From: an uncultured Bacilli bacterium
GTDB taxonomy: Bacteria; Bacillota_I; Bacilli_A; RF39; UBA660
DNA length: 59,047 nt
Assembly (NCBI GenBank): GCA_934096015.1
Contig: CAKOLD010000004.1
Span: forward strand, 1 to 59,047
Reading direction: 5' to 3'
Shown here: positions 54,940 to 59,047 of the stretch, one piece after another
Position numbering within the stretch: the stretch's first letter is position 1
How the letters are laid out: the number at the start of each line of letters is the position of its first letter
Made by a program: the position numbers and the translations under genes
The notes under the pieces: generated by a model
Seen by the model: the letters and a program-made list of their open reading frames with translations, nothing else
The model's database searches: none
What the model was told of the DNA's origin: nothing

Positions 54940-55464
54940 ATGAAATTTAATATTAGAGGAGATAAGATTGAAATTACAGATTCTATTAAAGCTTATGTAG
55001 AAGAAAAACTTACTAAATTAAATAAGTATTTTAAAGAAGAAATTGATGTTAAAGTTTTAATTAGAGTTAGAAACAATCTTCAAGCTATAGAAGTTACTAT
55101 TCCAACTAATAAATTTACAATTAGAGCAGAAGCTGCTAATCAAGATTTATACAGTGCAATTGATAAAGTAGAAGAAATACTAGAAAGACAAATTAGAAAA
55201 AATACTACAAAAATACGTGATAAATATAAAAAAGAAATTATTCCTGAATTTAATTTTGATTATGAAATTAAAGAAGAACAAGATTATAGTAAAATAATAA
55301 AAAGAAAAACTATTGATATTAAACCAATGGATGAAGAAGAAGCAATACTTCAAATGGAATTACTAAATCATGATTTCTTTATGTTTAAAAACGTAGATGA
55401 AGAATGTATTTCAGTTATTTATAAAAGAAAAGATGGAGAGTATGGTATTATAAACTCAAAATAA
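54940..55464 (+). CDS. hpf: Ribosome hibernation-promoting factor, long form
   Basis: MKFNIRGDKIEITDSIKAYVEEKL.KL.KYF N-terminal S30AE domain plus C-terminal dimerisation domain (KPM.EEEAILQMELLNHDFFMF...VIYKRKDG.YG.I). Confidence 0.9.
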   Translation: MKFNIRGDKIEITDSIKAYVEEKLTKLNKYFKEEIDVKVLIRVRNNLQAIEVTIPTNKFTIRAEAANQDLYSAIDKVEEILERQIRKNTTKIRDKYKKEIIPEFNFDYEIKEEQDYSKIIKRKTIDIKPMDEEEAILQMELLNHDFFMFKNVDEECISVIYKRKDGEYGIINSK

Positions 55465-55480
55465 AAGCCATAAAACTATA

Positions 55481-55507
55481 AAAAGAGTGTAAAATACTCT
55501 TTTTTTA
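55481..55507 (+). terminator. hpf terminator
   Basis: AAAGAGT gtaaaat ACTCTTT followed by TTTT. Confidence 0.7.
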
Positions 55508-55538
55508 TGTTAAAATAAAAGATACTGGGAGGGAATAT

Positions 55539-58031
55539 ATGAGTTTTTTAAAAAAATTATTAGACACAGAATATAAAGAATTAAAAAGATTTTCTAAAAT
55601 TGCCGATGAAATAGAAGCATTAAAAGAAGAATATAGAAAAAAAACAGATGAAGAATTAAAGGAAATGACTCCAAAACTAAAAGAAGAGTTAGCAAATGGA
55701 AAGACATTAGATGATATAATTGTTCCAGCGTTTGCAACAGTCAGAGAAGTTGCAAGAAGAGTAATAGGAGAAGAACCTTATTACGTTCAACTTTTAGGAG
55801 GACTTGCAATTCACTATGGTAATATAGCTGAAATGAAAACAGGTGAAGGGAAAACCTTAACAACTATTTTACCTGCGTATTTAAATGCATTAACTGGAAA
55901 AGGGGTACACGTTGTAACAGTAAACGAATACCTAACAGCACGTAATGCCGAATGGATGGGACCAGTTTATAACTTCCTTGGTTTAACTGTAGGTACAAAC
56001 CTAAGAGAGTTAAGCCCTAAAGAAAAACAAGAAGTATACAATGCAGACATTACTTATTCAACAAATAATGAAATTGGATTCGATTATTTGAGAGATAATA
56101 TGGTGTTAAGAAAAGAAGACAGAGTTCAAAGACCATTAAACTTTGTAATTATAGACGAAGTAGACTCTATTTTAATAGACGAAGCTAGAACCCCATTAAT
56201 TATTTCAGGTGGTAAATTTAATTCTGCAAACTTATATATTGATGCAGATCAAGCTGTAAAAAAATTAGTTGAAGAAGAAGATTACACTGTAGACGAAAAA
56301 ACTAAAACAGTTATCTTAACTGAAAACGGAAGTAAAAAAATAGAAAAACACTTCAAACTAAAAAATTTATATGATTCAGAAAACACTGCTTTAGTTCATC
56401 ATATAAATCAAGCTTTAAAAGCTAACTACGGTATGAAATTAGATGTAGATTATGTGGTAAGTGAAACTGGTGAAATACTTATTGTTGATCAGTTTACTGG
56501 TAGATTAATGCACGGAAGACAATTTTCAGATGGTCTTCATCAAGCAATAGAAGCCAAAGAAAATGTTAAAATAAATGAAGAAACTAAAACCCTAGCTACT
56601 ATAACATTCCAAAATCTATTTAGAATGTATAACAAAATATCAGGTATGACTGGTACTGCTAAAACAGAAGAAGAAGAGTTTAGAGACATATATAATATGT
56701 ATGTAATAGAAATACCTACTAATAAACCTTGCATAAGAGAAGACATGGCAGATTATATGTATGCAACTATGGAAGGAAAATATAAAGCGATAGTTAAATT
56801 TATTGAAAAGGTACACAGTACAGGTCAACCAATACTTGTTGGAACCATTTCAGTTGAAGCAAACGAATATTTAAGCAGTTTGTTAAAAAAAGCAAAAATT
56901 CCTCATGAAGTATTAAATGCTAAAAATCATGCAAGAGAAGCAGAAATTATAGAACAAGCAGGACAAAAAGGTGCTGTAACAATTGCAACTAACATGGCAG
57001 GGCGTGGAACAGACATCAAATTAGGTGAAGGAGTCAAAGAACTTGGCGGTTTATGTGTAATTGGCACTGAAAGACACGAATCACGTCGTATTGATAACCA
57101 ATTAAGAGGACGTTCAGGACGTCAAGGAGATCCAGGTTATTCTCAATTCTTTATATCTTTTGAAGATGAATTAATGAGAAGATTCGGTACTGATAGAATT
57201 AAAAATATGATTCAAGCTTTAGGTGCTGATGATCAAGAAATTCGTTCAAAAATGTTCTCAAAAAGTGTAGAAAGTGCACAAAAGAAAATAGAAGGAAATA
57301 ACTATGATACTCGTAAAAATTTACTTGACTACGATAACATAGTAAGTGAACAAAGAAAAATTATTTATGAACGTCGAAATGAACTACTAGATTCAGAAAA
57401 TGTTCATGAAATTTGTATAGATACAATAAAAGACTTTATTTTAGATTTAGTTGAAGATCATATAGCTCCAGAAGGTTACTTAACAGATGATGACTTAGAA
57501 AATATATGCGATCACTTAAATGCTAGTTTAGTAAAAAATGACAAAATAGAAATTGAATCTTTAAAAAATAAATCTACTGAAGAAGTTAGTGAATATTTAT
57601 CAAATATAATTTTAAAAGACTATGAAACTAAAACAGAAGATGTTCCTGAAGAAATAATAGCTGATTTTGAAAGACAAATTTCACTTAAAGTAATTGATGA
57701 AGCGTGGGTAAAACATATTAGTAGTATGGAACACTTAAGAGAAGGAATTGGATTAAGAGGTTATGGCCAAACTAATCCATTACAAGCTTATGCTTTAGAA
57801 GGATACGACATATTTGATCAAATGTTAGATGATATAGACGAAAGAATAGCAAATTTCTTAATGAAAATGCAAATAAAACAACAAATAACACCAAAACAAT
57901 CACCTAAAGGAATTACTAACGATGGAAAAGAAAGTTTAAAAGCAACACCAAAGAAAATTACAAAAGTAGGAAGAAACGATCCATGTCCTTGTGGCAGTGG
58001 CAAAAAATACAAACAATGTTGTGGTAAATAA
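55539..58031 (+). CDS. secA: Preprotein translocase ATPase SecA
   Basis: MKTGEGKTL, IIDEVDSILIDEARTPLIISG, TNMAGRGTDI, RIDNQLRGRSGRQGDPG, and C-terminal Zn finger CPCGSGKKYKQCCG. Confidence 0.95.
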   Translation: MSFLKKLLDTEYKELKRFSKIADEIEALKEEYRKKTDEELKEMTPKLKEELANGKTLDDIIVPAFATVREVARRVIGEEPYYVQLLGGLAIHYGNIAEMKTGEGKTLTTILPAYLNALTGKGVHVVTVNEYLTARNAEWMGPVYNFLGLTVGTNLRELSPKEKQEVYNADITYSTNNEIGFDYLRDNMVLRKEDRVQRPLNFVIIDEVDSILIDEARTPLIISGGKFNSANLYIDADQAVKKLVEEEDYTVDEKTKTVILTENGSKKIEKHFKLKNLYDSENTALVHHINQALKANYGMKLDVDYVVSETGEILIVDQFTGRLMHGRQFSDGLHQAIEAKENVKINEETKTLATITFQNLFRMYNKISGMTGTAKTEEEEFRDIYNMYVIEIPTNKPCIREDMADYMYATMEGKYKAIVKFIEKVHSTGQPILVGTISVEANEYLSSLLKKAKIPHEVLNAKNHAREAEIIEQAGQKGAVTIATNMAGRGTDIKLGEGVKELGGLCVIGTERHESRRIDNQLRGRSGRQGDPGYSQFFISFEDELMRRFGTDRIKNMIQALGADDQEIRSKMFSKSVESAQKKIEGNNYDTRKNLLDYDNIVSEQRKIIYERRNELLDSENVHEICIDTIKDFILDLVEDHIAPEGYLTDDDLENICDHLNASLVKNDKIEIESLKNKSTEEVSEYLSNIILKDYETKTEDVPEEIIADFERQISLKVIDEAWVKHISSMEHLREGIGLRGYGQTNPLQAYALEGYDIFDQMLDDIDERIANFLMKMQIKQQITPKQSPKGITNDGKESLKATPKKITKVGRNDPCPCGSGKKYKQCCGK

Positions 58032-58070
58032 GCTCGCAAAGCCTTATAAATAAAGGCTTGCGAGCTTTTT
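58031..58070 (+). terminator. secA terminator
   Basis: AGCTCGCAAAGCC ttataaataaa GGCTTGCGAGCT (12 bp plus one bulge) followed by TTTTT. Confidence 0.8.
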
Positions 58071-58203
58071 GCTACTTACAATTTTTAGGCAATTTAACTT
58101 CAAAAAAGGTGTTTAGATAAGTTTTAGATAAGTTTTTTTACTAGCTTTAACAAAATGCAAGTATATTGTATGATATAATAATATGTAAAAGTTGGTGATT
58201 ATA

Positions 58204-58679
58204 ATGAATTACAAAATAATTGATATAAAACATCAAGAAAAAGAAAAATTATATAAATTGTTACAATATTCCTTATATGATGGTTCGCAATATATTGATA
58301 ATGATGTAAATGAGGAATGTATATTTGAATATAGATGGTTTGATAATTACTTTACTGATGAGGATCGAAGTGCATATTTTATTAAAAGTGGAAAACATAT
58401 GTAGAAATGGTTATGGTAAATGAAAATTTAAAATTTAATAAAAATGGCAAGTGTATCGCCGAATTCTTAATAATGCCAAGATTTAGGAGAAATCATATTG
58501 GGAAAAGAGTCGCTTACGAAATATTTGAAAAATTTAGGGGTGATTGGGAGGTCCAACCAATGGGAAACAATCCTATTGCATATTTATTTTGGAAAAATAT
58601 AATATCAGAATATACTAATGGAAATTATATAACTAAAAATGATGGAATAGAGGATGTATTCATTTTTAATAATAAATAG
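58204..58679 (+). pseudogene. GNAT-fold acetyltransferase-like gene split by a frameshift (ORFs 58192..58404 and 58407..58679)
   Basis: The two adjacent ORFs read as the N- and C-terminal halves of one small protein: ...DRSAYFIKSGKHM* then, in another frame, MVMVNEN...IAEFLIMPRFRRNHIGKRVAYEIF..F.G.WEV. The frame changes near 58400-58407. Confidence 0.5.
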
Positions 58680-58691
58680 AGGTGGCTAATT

Positions 58692-59047
58692 ATGAAAATA
58701 ATAGAATATGAAGAAAAATATCTTGAAGACGTTAGAAATTTATTAACAGAACTTGAAGAATATATTGTATCTATTGATAAAGATGAGTTAGATCAAGTTC
58801 ATCCTGAATATCATGAGAAGATGGCATTAGTCGATTTGGATGAAGTAGATAAGAATAATGGTAAATGCTATTTAGCAATTGAAAATGACAAAGCAATTGG
58901 ACTTATTATAGGTACGATTCCTCCATATGAAGAATATGATTATTTAGATTATAAATGTCCTAAAAGAGGGATAATTACCGAATTAATAGTTACATCTAAA
59001 ATAAGAAGTAAAGGTGTTGGACAAGCTTTAATGGATAAGATGGAAGA
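58692..59047 (+). CDS. GNAT-family N-acetyltransferase (3' end truncated by the window)
   Basis: Open frame from ATG 58692 (SD GAGGTGG): MKIIEYEEKYLEDVRNLL...AIGLIIG...ITELIVTSKIRSKGVGQALMDKME (motif A R-x-x-G-x-G). Not in the ORF track because it has no stop in the window. Confidence 0.75.
   Translation, partial: MKIIEYEEKYLEDVRNLLTELEEYIVSIDKDELDQVHPEYHEKMALVDLDEVDKNNGKCYLAIENDKAIGLIIGTIPPYEEYDYLDYKCPKRGIITELIVTSKIRSKGVGQALMDKME

Noticed and set aside
1-59047. Mollicutes-type genetic code (UGA = Trp), suggested by the AT-richness, the N-domain-less ClpB and the CIRCE-regulated clpB
   Set aside because: Trp is written TGG (for example the WWWW run at 22454-22465). Many well-supported genes terminate at TGA (RluA-family gene at 21290-21292, tagH-like at 29016-29018). 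The standard code fits every long ORF.

Overview
Very AT-rich bacterial chromosomal segment (about a quarter G+C by eye, not computed). It uses the standard code: Trp is TGG and many genes end in TGA. Coding is dense on both strands and Bacillota-like, with GGAGG/GGTGAT Shine-Dalgarno sites and hairpin plus T-tract terminators. All calls come from motif recognition in the supplied translations and hand inspection of the DNA; no similarity search was possible.

Layout:
- 1-23.6 kb: housekeeping, repair and stress genes. These are recG, a canonical sirtuin, a DUF368 + dgkA lipid-carrier pair, htpG-hsp20 and an N-domain-less clpB (both behind CIRCE-like operators), a UvrD-like helicase next to a compact addAB, murE plus a VanY-type peptidase, TetR + RluA, and a coiled-coil/proline-repeat membrane protein.
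- 23.7-44.3 kb: a ~20 kb cell-envelope glycopolymer locus. It contains tagO-like, tagA-like and tagGH-like genes, about 10 further glycosyltransferase domains, a Wzy_C/O-antigen-ligase-like protein, a polytopic-membrane::GT2 fusion with DUF2304, a Gfo/Idh/MocA oxidoreductase, a small 4-TM DMT/SMR-like protein, an acyltransferase-3 and a HAD::GtrA fusion. No glycerol- or ribitol-phosphate teichoic acid genes are visible.
- 44.3-59 kb: a GGDEF cyclase, an orphan tRNA-Glu(CUC), ku plus a ligase-only ligD, a long gltX, a U32 peptidase translationally coupled to a LytTR regulator and AgrC-like kinase, a convergent agrB-agrD pair, csp, hpf, secA and GNAT genes (one frameshifted).

The most interesting signal is a 42-codon AgrD-like ORF that is absent from the ORF track. 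It has a textbook acidic recognition tail (DEPEMPESL) but no cysteine, and Tyr sits at the canonical ring-forming position.

Other points worth follow-up:
- Two near-identical CIRCE/-35 composite promoters.
- A perfect 10-bp operator-like palindrome at htpG +1.
- A candidate C-rich sRNA after recG.
- A terminator that sequesters the next gene's SD.
- A recurrent TAATGTCGYC...GACGACA hairpin inside the glycan locus.
- A perfect 20-bp inverted repeat in a 540-bp non-coding gap.

No CRISPR array, transposase, integrase or prophage signature was seen.
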